From Tetramitus jugosus (taxonomy: Eukaryota; Protista; Heterolobosea): 64,000 bases of DNA. This document shows positions 53,472-64,000 of the stretch, one piece after another. The notes beneath the pieces are model-generated. The model was not told the origin of the DNA. It ran no database searches and worked only from the letters and a program-made list of their open reading frames with translations. The position numbers and the translations under genes were made by a program. Location: the NCBI GenBank assembly GCA_937625935.1, contig OW569345.1, positions 1 through 64,000 of the forward strand. Reading direction: 5' to 3'. Each line of letters starts with the position of its first letter. Position 1 is the stretch's first letter.

Positions 53472-54464
53472 ATGAGTGTGTCATCGTCGTCGTCATCATC
53501 CGCCGAACAACAAAAGCGCTCACTGTACGATCAAACACTGTTTCACACGTACTTGGATCGTCAGATACGAATTCCAGATTGGAACCAAGATGTCATTTCT
53601 CAACAGACTTGTCTCGTGCTTGGCCTGGGTGGTCTCGGCAGCACAGTGAGCATTGATCTGTTGCGTCTAGGTGTCAAGAAGATGATTTGTGTGGATTGTG
53701 ATCACGTGGAGACACACAACTTGAACCGTCAACTATTGTACAACAAGTCACATGTGGGTCAATCGAAAGCTCACACGGCAAAGATTATTCTAGAGGAACA
53801 GAATATTTGTGGAACGGAGATTGAGTGTCATGAGTTGGATGTGATCAAGCACTGGGATCGCATCGTAGAATACGCACGTCAATGCACAGTCGTGTTCAAT
53901 ATGATTGATGTGGGAGATTATTGGGACTATGCAGTTCAATCATTGTGTCTTCGATTGGGATTAACGTTCATTAGTGGTGGAACGTTTCAAACCACTGTTA
54001 CTGTAGATTATGTGCATGCCAAGAGCAGGGGAGCTTGTTGGTCGTGCATGTCCGATATCAAGTCGGATCATTTGGATCGATTGAGTGTCGATCGCATCGA
54101 ACAATTGAAGGACTTGGAATTTATACCGAGAGAGGAGCATCCAATCGGTGCATCAACGTGCTACTTGGCTGCCATGTGTGCTCACTTGATGGTCAATCGG
54201 TTTGTCTATGGATTGCAATTGTCATCGTCATCATTGTCGTCATCCACCAGTAATAGCACAGATCAGACGAACAATGAACAGCAGGAACAAGAGCAAGAGC
54301 AACAGGAACTTATTGATTCACTGCCCAATCGGATCATGTTCTATTTGAACACACTCGAGATAGACAAGTGGACACTGGAGAAGAGCAGTCATTGTCCATT
54401 GTGTTGTTCACCCTCTGTTAGCACCACAACAACATCTACGGCATCCACAGCGAATGAACAATAA
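53472..54464 (+). CDS. ThiF/MoeB/E1-like adenylating enzyme
   Basis: LDRQIRI, VLGLGGLGS, VDCDHVETHNLNRQ and two CxxC pairs (CWSC, CPLC). First ATG at 53472. Confidence 0.85.
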   Translation: MSVSSSSSSSAEQQKRSLYDQTLFHTYLDRQIRIPDWNQDVISQQTCLVLGLGGLGSTVSIDLLRLGVKKMICVDCDHVETHNLNRQLLYNKSHVGQSKAHTAKIILEEQNICGTEIECHELDVIKHWDRIVEYARQCTVVFNMIDVGDYWDYAVQSLCLRLGLTFISGGTFQTTVTVDYVHAKSRGACWSCMSDIKSDHLDRLSVDRIEQLKDLEFIPREEHPIGASTCYLAAMCAHLMVNRFVYGLQLSSSSLSSSTSNSTDQTNNEQQEQEQEQQELIDSLPNRIMFYLNTLEIDKWTLEKSSHCPLCCSPSVSTTTTSTASTANEQ

Positions 54465-54585
54465 AAAGCAATATTGGAAGAATGCCTCTGTTTGCATCTC
54501 ATCATACACATCTCTCATCTGAAAATGTACTGGATCACAGCTTGTCATCTTCACCTTATCATGATGATGATGATGATGATGCTGG

Positions 54586-55107
54586 TCATGAACGAGATGA
54601 TGACAACCACAACTTTTTCAACAAGTATTGAACAATACCTGATTGATTGCCTCTCAGTTGATTGGTTTGCATAAATGTACTGGTCAATGGCAACAGCACG
54701 AGAATGTGCATGAGAACAGTCATTAAATGCAATGCATTTTCAAAGTGAAACACTCGCTTCATGATTCGTCCTGCACTCAACGACATGTCCCATGCACGAT
54801 TCGGATTTTTCACCACAATCTCACGTGCACCATCATCATTGTCCAACAATGTCAATAACACATGTTCCGTATTGGGACCGCCCAAGTGATCATACTTGAT
54901 GGATGACCATGCAATCTGTTCGAGCGTATCATTGCTTGACGACGGTAGGAAATCAGGTGGCGTATCACTCAGAAAACGACCCTTGATCCACCAGTACCAA
55001 CTCAGAGGATCATTTGGATTGGTTCTCGTATGGAGAAATGGATGTGCTTGTTGTTTTCTACCTGTTGCACCGCTAATTGCCGCAATTTGTTTGTTATTGT
55101 TGCTCAT
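54586..55107 (-). CDS. Hypothetical protein
   Basis: 173 aa ORF with ATG after a CAA-rich leader; no family recognised; 3' end uncertain. Confidence 0.5.
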   Translation of the reverse strand: MSNNNKQIAAISGATGRKQQAHPFLHTRTNPNDPLSWYWWIKGRFLSDTPPDFLPSSSNDTLEQIAWSSIKYDHLGGPNTEHVLLTLLDNDDGAREIVVKNPNRAWDMSLSAGRIMKRVFHFENALHLMTVLMHILVLLPLTSTFMQTNQLRGNQSGIVQYLLKKLWLSSSRS

Positions 55108-55576
55108 GTGTGTTGTTGACTGATCACTTGGGTTGTTCGGAAAGGGGAGAAGTTTTCGAAAATTTTCCAGAAATTTCTGAAAGACAAAATTTTCTGGAAT
55201 TGTCTCCCACCTTCAAAAGCCAAATCATTGATCTGAATCCCAAAGTCAATAAAAACAAATTCAACACCAACCCTAACTAGATCTTGTCGAGAGGTGCAAG
55301 AGCTCATAGCATCAGCCAATTTGAGCAAAAATCATAAGGTAAGAACACCTTGTTGGCTTTTTCGTTGGAGCCCCTGAGTGTTTGATGTGAGTGATGTAGA
55401 AGAAAAATAAATGTGTACGATTCGTCATTGTACCATCAGAAAATTTATTTTGAACTACAAAAATCTCTATGAGCAGGCAGGGGTCCATGAAGAGGAGCTC
55501 CTTCTGCCACGGTTTCCGGAGTCCGTGCTTTTGTGAGCAAATCAAGATTGGAAGACTAACATTTTTCTTTTATTAG

Positions 55577-56566
55577 ATGGATTCACAAAGAGATATCGAA
55601 CAAATTGTTGAGACATGTGTTGAAAAGTTATTGGGTCGAGTACCAATTGCTACTCAGAACAACAATGTGCCCGTTTTTTCAAAGTCACAAAGGAGGAAGT
55701 TGCGTAAAGCAAGAGTGATGGAAAACTTGCTAGCAAAAGCACAGGAAATGACACCACCGAATACTACGATCATCAACCAACCGAACACCATACAACAACC
55801 AAGGACTGAGGCATATCATAACAACAATGGAGAATTCGTTATTCCTATCGGCAAATGCTACTGTTTTATTTGCAAAACAACAATTGATCCAATTGATTTA
55901 CTCACGCACACTTCGTCTTGTATTAGGAAAAAAGAAAAAGAAAATGTGACGAATGTCGCAACACACAGTACAAGTTATCGATCTGATCCACAAGAGAACA
56001 GTTCCAAAGAGAAACGAAAGAGAGTTGAAGACAATTCACCTTCGAAAAAGAAGCAAAAGAAAGGTAAATACCAATGTTCTTGGTCGGGATGCAATCGAAT
56101 GAGTTGTGCACAATCGGTCATTGAAATTAAACTGGGTAACAAAACATTTCACTACTGTGAAATCGATCACCTCTTCCGTGCGAAGGAGAAACAATTTACT
56201 GAACTATTCAAAAGCCCCACTGTTCGAGCCGAAAAAGTTACTGACGAACTGAAGAAGGTCAAATGTGGTTCCTGTAAGAAAAAGTGTACGGGTACTTGTG
56301 CAATTTCTTCCATTCATGTACCAGAGGTGCCATTCCTAGTGTTCTGTTCAGTTGAATGCTTTTTTAAACTGGTCTCAAACACAAATGCAAATGCAATCAG
56401 AACATTTGTAAGAAAGAAGTGTACCAACAAACAACAATCAAACAGCATTGTGGATGATGCCAGTTCAGATGAAGAAAACAACAATGACGATGAAGAACGA
56501 AATTCACCAACCGATGCACCTGCCGATGGAGTTTTTGCTCAATGTTTTTCTGATGACAGTGACTGA
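55577..56566 (+). CDS. Cys-rich zinc-finger protein (C2HC plus two TRASH/MYM-like fingers), probable transposon accessory protein
   Basis: CFIC-x11-H...C, CSWSGC...YCEIDH and CGSC...FCSVEC motifs, plus basic NLS-like runs. The ATG is directly preceded by CTAAC, a pyrimidine tract and AG (3' splice site). Confidence 0.7.
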   Translation: MDSQRDIEQIVETCVEKLLGRVPIATQNNNVPVFSKSQRRKLRKARVMENLLAKAQEMTPPNTTIINQPNTIQQPRTEAYHNNNGEFVIPIGKCYCFICKTTIDPIDLLTHTSSCIRKKEKENVTNVATHSTSYRSDPQENSSKEKRKRVEDNSPSKKKQKKGKYQCSWSGCNRMSCAQSVIEIKLGNKTFHYCEIDHLFRAKEKQFTELFKSPTVRAEKVTDELKKVKCGSCKKKCTGTCAISSIHVPEVPFLVFCSVECFFKLVSNTNANAIRTFVRKKCTNKQQSNSIVDDASSDEENNNDDEERNSPTDAPADGVFAQCFSDDSD

Positions 56567-57496
56567 CACACAACTACTTCAGCTCTTTCACACTACCAAT
56601 ATATTACAGGAGATAAGAACACGTTCCAACGTCTCATTGGCATTTCCTTGGATTCATTTTTTCTATTGCATGACGAACTGAAACAACAATTAACTTTGGT
56701 ATCTCTGAAGCAGACATACCACAAACGCGTGGGTATGGGTCGACCGAGACAACTATCATCGTTGGAACAGCTTTGTCTTACATTGGAATGGATGCGACAA
56801 GGCGAGACCTACTTCAGTATTGGTGTAAAGTATCGATTAAACGTAAGTTCCAGTTACAAGTATATTCAAACCACACTTAGCATTTTGTATGATGCGTTCA
56901 AGAATGAAATTTTTGTTCCAGAAGAAAGATTGAATCGAATAAGTGAAGCAGTTGTGTGGAAGGATAGGTTGGTTGTGATGATTGTTGATGGTTCAGAGCA
57001 ACAAATCAAGGTATTTCGAAACGACAGATACTTTGAAAGATCGACTTACTCTGGCAAGAAATCAAAGCACACTTTTAGTGCAATAATCGGTGTTACGCCG
57101 CGTAAGGGAAGGATTGTTGTTTTAACTCCATCGTTCAATGGTTCCTTGAATGATGCAGGAATTTACACGAGATGCAAAGATTTATTTGAAAATCGCTTGG
57201 AGTCCGATGAACATATCGGAGGAGATCCAGCTTTTTCTGTGATCAAACATGCCTCGGTTGTCTCCACTAAGAGAAAGGCTGGATGTGCGTTGTTAGAGAT
57301 TGACAAGGAATTCAATCATCAATGGGCATGTGTGCGCATTGTTGTCGAAAATACAATAGCACATGTCAAATCATGGAAGGTTTGCACTCGTACTCTTTTC
57401 TTCAGTGGCACAACAGATGATGGGCGACAATTCCATAATAAACTTTGGACTGTGGCATGTGGCTTAGTGAACCGTTATTCGCTGCCACGAAATTGA
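56567..57496 (+). CDS. PIF/Harbinger-ISL2EU type DDE transposase (HTH_Tnp_4 plus DDE_Tnp_4), start codon not in this exon
   Basis: The reading frame is open from 56567. Motifs FQRLIGISLDSF, GRPRQLS..EQL.LTL.W.RQ (HTH), IVDGSE (D), YSGKKSKHT, GSLND, GGDPAF (D), RIVVENTIAHVK.W (E). Confidence 0.85.
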   Translation, partial: HTTTSALSHYQYITGDKNTFQRLIGISLDSFFLLHDELKQQLTLVSLKQTYHKRVGMGRPRQLSSLEQLCLTLEWMRQGETYFSIGVKYRLNVSSSYKYIQTTLSILYDAFKNEIFVPEERLNRISEAVVWKDRLVVMIVDGSEQQIKVFRNDRYFERSTYSGKKSKHTFSAIIGVTPRKGRIVVLTPSFNGSLNDAGIYTRCKDLFENRLESDEHIGGDPAFSVIKHASVVSTKRKAGCALLEIDKEFNHQWACVRIVVENTIAHVKSWKVCTRTLFFSGTTDDGRQFHNKLWTVACGLVNRYSLPRN

Positions 57497-57616
57497 AATT
57501 TTTGAAAAGTGAGTTTCAACAATTTTTCATTTTTTCCTGGTCTTTGACTTTGGAAACAAACCAACTGAATTCTTTTGTTTTTTGGTGCGGTTGGGGTTTT
57601 ATTGTTGTTGTTGATT

Positions 57617-59528
57617 TCAGAGCAAGGTTTTTATGACGTACAGTGTGAAAGCGACCAACAGAGCCTTGTCAATGAGTGGATCTAGAATGTCAACAAGGAT
57701 GGCACTACCCAATGATTCAGATGTTTTATCACCAAAGACAATGGAAGCTACGGGCTTACCACAAATGTTAAACACCATTACTTCATTGTCCGTAGATTTG
57801 TTGTCGAAACATCCTCCCTCCATAGAATACAATGGCTCATTCGTACCCAACATCATTCGAATTTTCTTCTTTCGAATGGTTTTCATCTTGTGGAAGCACC
57901 GAGCAAATGGTTGTTTCTTTTCATTCTTTATCGTGTACTCCTTACGAATCATGGATGACTTCTCTATCGAGTAGATTGTTGCTCCACTCACCGAGTCGAC
58001 AATACTGAATCCAGTCGGTAGTGTTTTTACGCTTGCAACAACTTCCAGATTAGATCCTGCATAAATAAATGGTGCTTTTTCGAGTATCGTGAATTGATCG
58101 TGCATTGCAAGAGGAAGAGCTTGAATAGATTTACAGCTGAATATCCAATTGGGTATACTAGGTTTCACTAATTCTATACATATGTGAGCTCTTCCTTCTT
58201 TTCCTCCCTTTGAAATGATATCGAACCAAGCATTGATTTCTTCTTTTCGTTCTTCCTCGTTGCTGTTCACTAGATCATTCAGTGGAATGTTGATTACTCC
58301 ATAAGAAAAATCATTTCTGCCTGCAGATACTTTGCTGTACACTCTAATGTCAATAATGAGCTCTTTCAGAGGACTAAGTTTCAAGGTGAATGATTCATTA
58401 AACTCAGGATTTCTCGTTTTCTTACCAGCAGATTTGAATCGTTCGACTCTATCTTGACAAAAGTGCTCTGGGTTGCCGACACCAATGAAAAAGAAGGGAT
58501 TATCGGGTCTACTTTTCGGAGAAGGTCGTAAGTTCTCCATTTTCTTCACAGTTACTAATACATCAAATGTTCGGTCATCTTCTCTTCTGTTATTTACAAC
58601 TTCAGTTTTGTTCTTGCTGTCAATCGTCGAGTTGATTGCTTCACACCATAGTGTTATCTCTGACGAACAGACACGGATATCCATAATTTCCAACATATTG
58701 TTTCTTATAGTTGCTAAAATAGAGTAAATAAATGCGTTGAAAGACTAAAACTGAACAACAGTTCAATGATTGAAAAACAAACCAACCTTTCGGAATTTGA
58801 GTTAGATTGTACTTCTTCTTCACTCTTAACTCCTTGTTTGCAAATATTAGGTGCGATTTCAATAGGAACAAGTAGTTCAACTTCAATGCTCCTTTTGATG
58901 ACACGAGAATGGGTCCGTACTTAATAATGTTGGACTCAAATCCTGCATACCCTTTGATCACATCGAGTTCTTCGAATGACAGCGAAAAAATATTTAAATT
59001 GTTCAACCCTGGAGTATTCTCTGACATGATGGCTCTCAATCGCGAAAATGCATCCTTTGAAGGCACCGATATCACACCGGAGCCAGACGGAAGATCTGGA
59101 ATGATATCATTTAACAACTTATTGTACAGGTTGGTCAAGTCGGTTAAGAATGTCGATTCCAATCCATCGTAACAAATACCTTGGATCATTCGAACCTCGA
59201 TGATATCATGCAATTTGTTTAACAGCGAATTCGTTTCATATAACAGAGTCGATCCATAGTATTGAAGAGTTTTCGGTTTGGCTTCTTCGGTCGCTTGCTC
59301 GAGAGTCACATCGAGAGATTTTATGAGTGTTAAGAACTTCTTTATCTCGTATCGGTGTTCTTTGGGTAAATTTGAACTTGTTTCATTGCACAAAACACAA
59401 ATGGATTCCTGATAAGACTCGTTGTAAGAAAAGGAAGTGGAACAATGTCATGGGAGCGCAAGCAAACTTACTTTTAGCAATATTGTTTCATTCAGTACAG
59501 CCTCTACTGGCTTCTCTATTCGTTCCAT
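57617..59528 (-). CDS. PH-like plus C2 plus LURP-one/Tubby-C-like domain protein (3 exons)
   Basis: Exons 59528-59472, 59417-58787 and 58713-57617; introns GTAAGT..AG and GTTGGT..TAG join in frame. PH-like IIKYGPI...YLFLL..HLIFA...W..AI. C2 motifs DNPFF, KTRNPEFNESF and AWFDI. C-terminal DPLIDKALLVAF. Confidence 0.65.
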
Positions 59529-59830
59529 TGTTGTTTGTTGTCGAAACTACCGTTTGATGCAGCGAATCAAATCTAGCATCATTCAATAGCAGACCGACAT
59601 GCGAAATCCCCGTAGCTCCGTCAGTTTTTTTTGGGCGCCAGTTGACCATGAAGGTTCAATAAACTCGACGAACCATTCCTAATTTGATCGATCAAAAACA
59701 ACAAATACACACAAACAAACGTACATTTTTTTCACGTGAGCGTACAAACGTTGGAACCTGTGATCAGAACATACCTCGGACCACCCACACACTTCAAACA
59801 ACAACAATATCCAACAACAACAACAACATC

Positions 59831-61914
59831 ATGTCAGCAATGTACTATCCACCATCGTCAGTCGCTGGATCACCATCACCTGCCACTGCACTACCACCAC
59901 AACAAGCTCAAACAGCACAACCACAGACTCAAGATGCAAACACACTGGAAAAGGAACTGGAGAACAACCCAGAAGACTTTTCAAAATGGGAATTGTATGT
60001 TTCAAAGCGAGAACAAGAACAAAATGTTCCATTGATCCGATTGGCCTATGATAAACTATTGACCGAATATCCATTGTTGTATGGTTATTGGAAAAAGTAT
60101 GCAGATTTGGAAGTGAGTCAATCATCTGGTTTCTCAGCTGTTGTGAGTGTATATGAGAGAGGAGTGAATGCTATTCCATATTCTGTTGATTTGTGGATGC
60201 ACTATTGTGTTTATGTGGCTGAAGTGTCAGATGATTTGAAATATATTCGAAGGTATGACTTTAGTTTGTATTTGTTTTTTTGATTTTTGTGTGTGCTTGC
60301 TTTTTTTTTTCATTGTGCACAAATGAATTGAGATATATGGACTGATTAACAATTCTCTTTTTTTTAAAAATCTGTGCGTCATCTTGTTAGTTTGTTTGAG
60401 AGAGCAATTGAAAAAATTGGTGATGATTATTTGGCACAGATCCTATGGGATAAGTACATTGAGTTCGAAGAGTCGCAAGAAGAGTACGCCAATGTGTTTT
60501 CACTGTACACACGAGTTCTATATATTCCATTGAAGGCATTGGATCAATATTGGGATAAATTGATGAGATTTGCCTCTTCTAGACCCACTAGTGTTCTATT
60601 GACAGGGGAAGAATTGGCACAGTATGAATCATATGGTGACGAAGATGCTCGCAAGAGAGAATTGATCAACACCAGAGAACGAATCTATCAACAAACGAGT
60701 GTGGAACTAAAGCGAAGAAATGAGTTTGAACAGGGAATTGAACGACCATACTTTCACGTGCAACCATTGGGAGTCAATGAATTGAGCACATGGAGACGAT
60801 ATTTGGAGAATGAGGCAGACAAGTGTGATGAAGATCGTGTCGTTAAGCTATATGAACGATGTTTGATTGCATGTGTATGTATCATTGAGGTATTCTTGTT
60901 GTTGTTGTTGTTTTTGATTTTGATTTTTTTTGTGTGTGCAATGTATTGACATTTTGTTTATTATCGTAGGCACTGTATATTGAATTTTGGCAGAGATATG
61001 CCTTCTATCTGGAGAGCAAGAACCGTTTCTCTGATGCTAGAAAGGCCTTCAACAGAGCTGCCACGATATTTTTGAAGAGAAAGCCAGCCGCACAGATATT
61101 GTGGGCAGAGTTTGAAGAGACTCAGGGCAACGCTGATATTGCCAAGCAAATTTTCAGAAATTCTATCGAAGGTGTAGGAAAGGGTCACTTGGAAACAATT
61201 GTCAGATTTGCTCAATTCTACAGACGGCAAAACATGCACAGCGAAGCAATTGCTCTCTTCGCAGAACAAAGACATAATGTTCAATCGAATGAATCAAAAG
61301 CATTCCTATCGGTACAGCACGCAAACTTTGTTTGTGACTCGCATAACGATGTCGAAGGTGGAAGGTCAGTGTTGAGCCAATGTGTTGAAGAAATACCATC
61401 GAGTACATATGCATGGTTCGCTTTTATTGAGTATGAAGTTAAGAACGCAAACAAGCAAGATTCCGAGTCATTCACAAGCACGCTACAGACCATTTTCGAA
61501 AGAGTAGTTGCTCTGTCTGAGGATCAACTATCTGGAAGTGATAAGATCTCTGTACTGGAGAGATACTTGTCCTACATGATTAATTATTCAACCATTCAAC
61601 ATATACGAACTGTGGAACAGAGTTTATTGCGCTTGAAGACACACGCTTCTGCCACGTCAAAGAAGCGAAAAGCTGAAGACTCGCTCGATGGACCTGCCAA
61701 AGTCGCAAAGATTGAAGCCGACGCAAGTGCCTCTCCAGCTACAGCTGCTGCCTACCAACAATGGTACAACAACTATTACGCTCAATACTATCAACAGCAA
61801 TATCCGCAAGCTGGAACTCCTCAACCAGATGGTTCTGCTCCTTATCCAACACAACCAACAACAGCCGGCGGTCCTGACATGTATGCCCAGTATGCCGCAC
61901 CAAGACCACAGTAA
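59831..61914 (+). CDS. PRP39: Pre-mRNA processing factor 39 (HAT repeats), 3 exons
   Basis: Exons 59831-60252, 60391-60874 and 60970-61914 in frame. Motifs YPLLYGYWKKYADLE, YERGV.AIP.SVDLW..YC, LWDKYIEFE, FE.GI.RPYFHV.PL, LYERCLIACALY.EFW.RY. Confidence 0.93.
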
Positions 61915-62050
61915 ACACAACATTTTTTTGTCGCCGGTTCAATTTACTCTTTTTGGATGTGGTTCATATCTGTATTCGTGACTTTTTCGATCAAAGTGTC
62001 ACTTTCACTTGTCAAATAACACGAAAAACAAAGAAAACCAAGAATCAAAC

Positions 62051-63436
62051 ATGTTACAGGTTCACATTGACAGAGCGTACAATATTGAAGCAAAGGATCT
62101 CAATGGCAAGAGCGATCCCTATGTCAAGATTAAAATCAAGAGTCAAGGCACACAGAAAAAAGTGGCAAAGACAAAGATTATCTATAAGACGTTGGATCCT
62201 GTTTGGGACGAGACGTTTGATATTGAGGTGCCAAAAGGTGATAATGACGCGGTGATTTCGTTTGAGTTGGTAGACTATGATCGATTCAACCAGAATGATC
62301 ATATTGATACGGTGGAGATTAAATTGAACAAGCTACCAAGGAATTCAAAGTGTCAAAGTATGTTTTCACTAGATTTGTGTTGAAGAGAATGTGACGAGAG
62401 TGCACATTTATTCTAATACTCGATCATTGTTTCTATATAGAGGTGTTCCGAGTCGCTAGTACTTCACCAGAGCTCGTTGGAACGTTAATTGTCGGATTTA
62501 CCACCAAAGATTGTGGAACAGAGTTGATTTCAGGTGAGCAAAAGTTGGAGGATTTGCGCAGTAGAATGAGCTTTTTGAGCACATTCGAGATGTTTGGTGT
62601 AAAGTCAACTGGGAATTTGGTTGCTGATTATAAGAGCTTCAAGAGTGCATTGGCCGATTGGAGAGACAAAGAGCTCACCATGGAGAGAGTTGCCACCTTG
62701 ACCTTCCATTCCTATGACAGTGGAGCAAAGGGATATTTGACCTCTGATGATTTGGCACGTTTGGCCGATCACATGTTTGCTTTCATGCCTGCTCAGCAAA
62801 GAGCAAACAATGCAAAGAGAATTTTACAAAAGTGGCAGGAGAAACACAATGCAGACAAGGACGAATTTGTCAATCCAGAGGAGTTTGCTACATTGGTCAC
62901 CGAAATTCTTAAGCCTAATAGTTTCAAGAACAAGGAACCAATATCTGCCATTGGCCAAGCACAGGATATCGAACAGTTCAGACAACAAGTAAGGACATTA
63001 TTGCAACTTGTGGGCAGCCCTGATCTTTATCATGCCGTTTCCAATCCAAAGGACAATTGCACCAAGCCATTCAGTATTCCAAATGAAGTACCTCCTCAAG
63101 ACCAATCCAAGTTCAAGAGTGATCTCGCATATGCCTTCTTTTACTATTATCACAGTTTGTTGATTGATGATATTGAACCGGCAGATTCGGTCAACAACTG
63201 GAGAATGAGCGTTGCTGACTTCTATAACTTTATCGGTAACACGAGCAACAAGCTGAAGAACAGTATGTACATTTGAATCGTTTTCACAAATATGCACTCA
63301 GAATGCAGTGTTAGCTAACAACACACGTGTTTTGTTATTATGTTCAGTTCAAATCAAACAAGGTTGGGACAGCTATTCCCTGAGTGATTTCAAACAAGAG
63401 TTCTCCAAGCTGGATGAGTTCAACTTGGAGGAGTAG
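62051..63436 (+). CDS. C2 domain plus EF-hand protein (3 exons)
   Basis: Exons 62051-62357, 62441-63262 and 63348-63436. C2: AKDLNGKSDPYV, KTLDPVWDETF, DYDRFNQND. EF-hands: YDSGAKGYLTSDDL and NADKDEFVNPEEF. Confidence 0.8.
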
Positions 63437-63750
63437 AAGATTCAACGTTGTATGCTCCACTCCGTAAAAACGGTTCCCTTTGTTCTATCCGGTAACAGGC
63501 CTGCTTATGTATACTGGGCCGTAAATGCTCTCGTGATATAATTAGTCACGAATCAAATCTTTTCTTGTTGACTCAATGAAATTCATTCCTAAACAGGGAA
63601 AGAAAACCTTGCGAAGCTTATTCTTCAACAGCAGTGAACACCTCAAACTGAACACATCAACAACTCAACTAACCTGGAGAAAACAGCAAAGCAAGCAGAG
63701 AAAAACCAACAAGAACAACAGCAACAACAAACAACCACTATAGTATCACC

Positions 63751-64000
63751 ATGAGTCACTACAACAAGAACTACGCATCAACCAGCTACAACAGCTACAA
63801 CAGCTACAACAGCTACAACAATGAATACAGCTCTGATCCCTTTGGTAATCAATACTTTCACTTTGGTTTCGGTGTTGACACTGGATTGAAGGCAGAGTTG
63901 GGACTGACAGACTTGTCTAGTCCCCTGTACAGCAACGAAAACAAGAGCTCTTCTTATGAAGAATTGGACAAGCAAAAGGGTCCACTCCATGAATTCAAAG
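63751..64000 (+). CDS. 5' part of a hypothetical protein running off the window, with SYN repeat
   Basis: ATG 63751 after a CAA-rich leader; open to the window end; (CAGCTACAA)x4 at 63783-63818. Confidence 0.6.
   Translation, partial: MSHYNKNYASTSYNSYNSYNSYNNEYSSDPFGNQYFHFGFGVDTGLKAELGLTDLSSPLYSNENKSSSYEELDKQKGPLHEFK

Noticed and set aside
56564-56566. Selenocysteine or genetic-code reassignment of TGA
   Set aside because: TGA is used as a normal stop in other genes here, the position is not a redox motif, and no SECIS was recognised.
56591-56598. CACTACCA matching the CACTA TIR (also near 59889)
   Set aside because: It lies inside coding sequence, on the wrong side of the right end, and has no subterminal repeats.
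55240-57553. CCAAAGTCAA / TTGACTTTGG as Harbinger TIRs
   Set aside because: Only 10 bp, not extendable, and no TWA-type TSD; boundaries remain undefined.

Overview
This is the left end of a eukaryotic chromosome from a gene-dense protist that uses the standard genetic code and has few, short GT-AG introns. The gene content suggests a heterolobosean/Discoba-like amoeboflagellate (inference). The window starts with about 139 copies of the telomere repeat CCCAAA (TTTGGG on the G strand). About 1.2 kb of structured subtelomeric DNA follows, then an intact-looking CACTA/EnSpm (CMC) transposase. That element has a clear right end (CACTA terminus plus subterminal repeats) but no recognisable left end before the telomere. 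About 25 protein genes follow, including an RCC1-EGF-REJ-GPS surface receptor, bacterial-type cardiolipin synthase, a redoxin-RGS fusion, midasin, DRC9/IQCG, a CH-filamin-RasGAP (IQGAP-like) fusion, HisRS, uL23m and PRP39. There is also a Harbinger/ISL2EU-type transposase with no start codon of its own, sitting in frame behind a zinc-finger ORF. The three best leads are: (1) the single-ended, telomere-capped CACTA element; (2) two sequence-related introns at the identical codon position in the Walker A motifs of midasin AAA1 and AAA5; (3) the one-stop-codon or alternative-splice coupling of the two Harbinger-type ORFs. All assignments come from motif recognition by eye; no searches were run.
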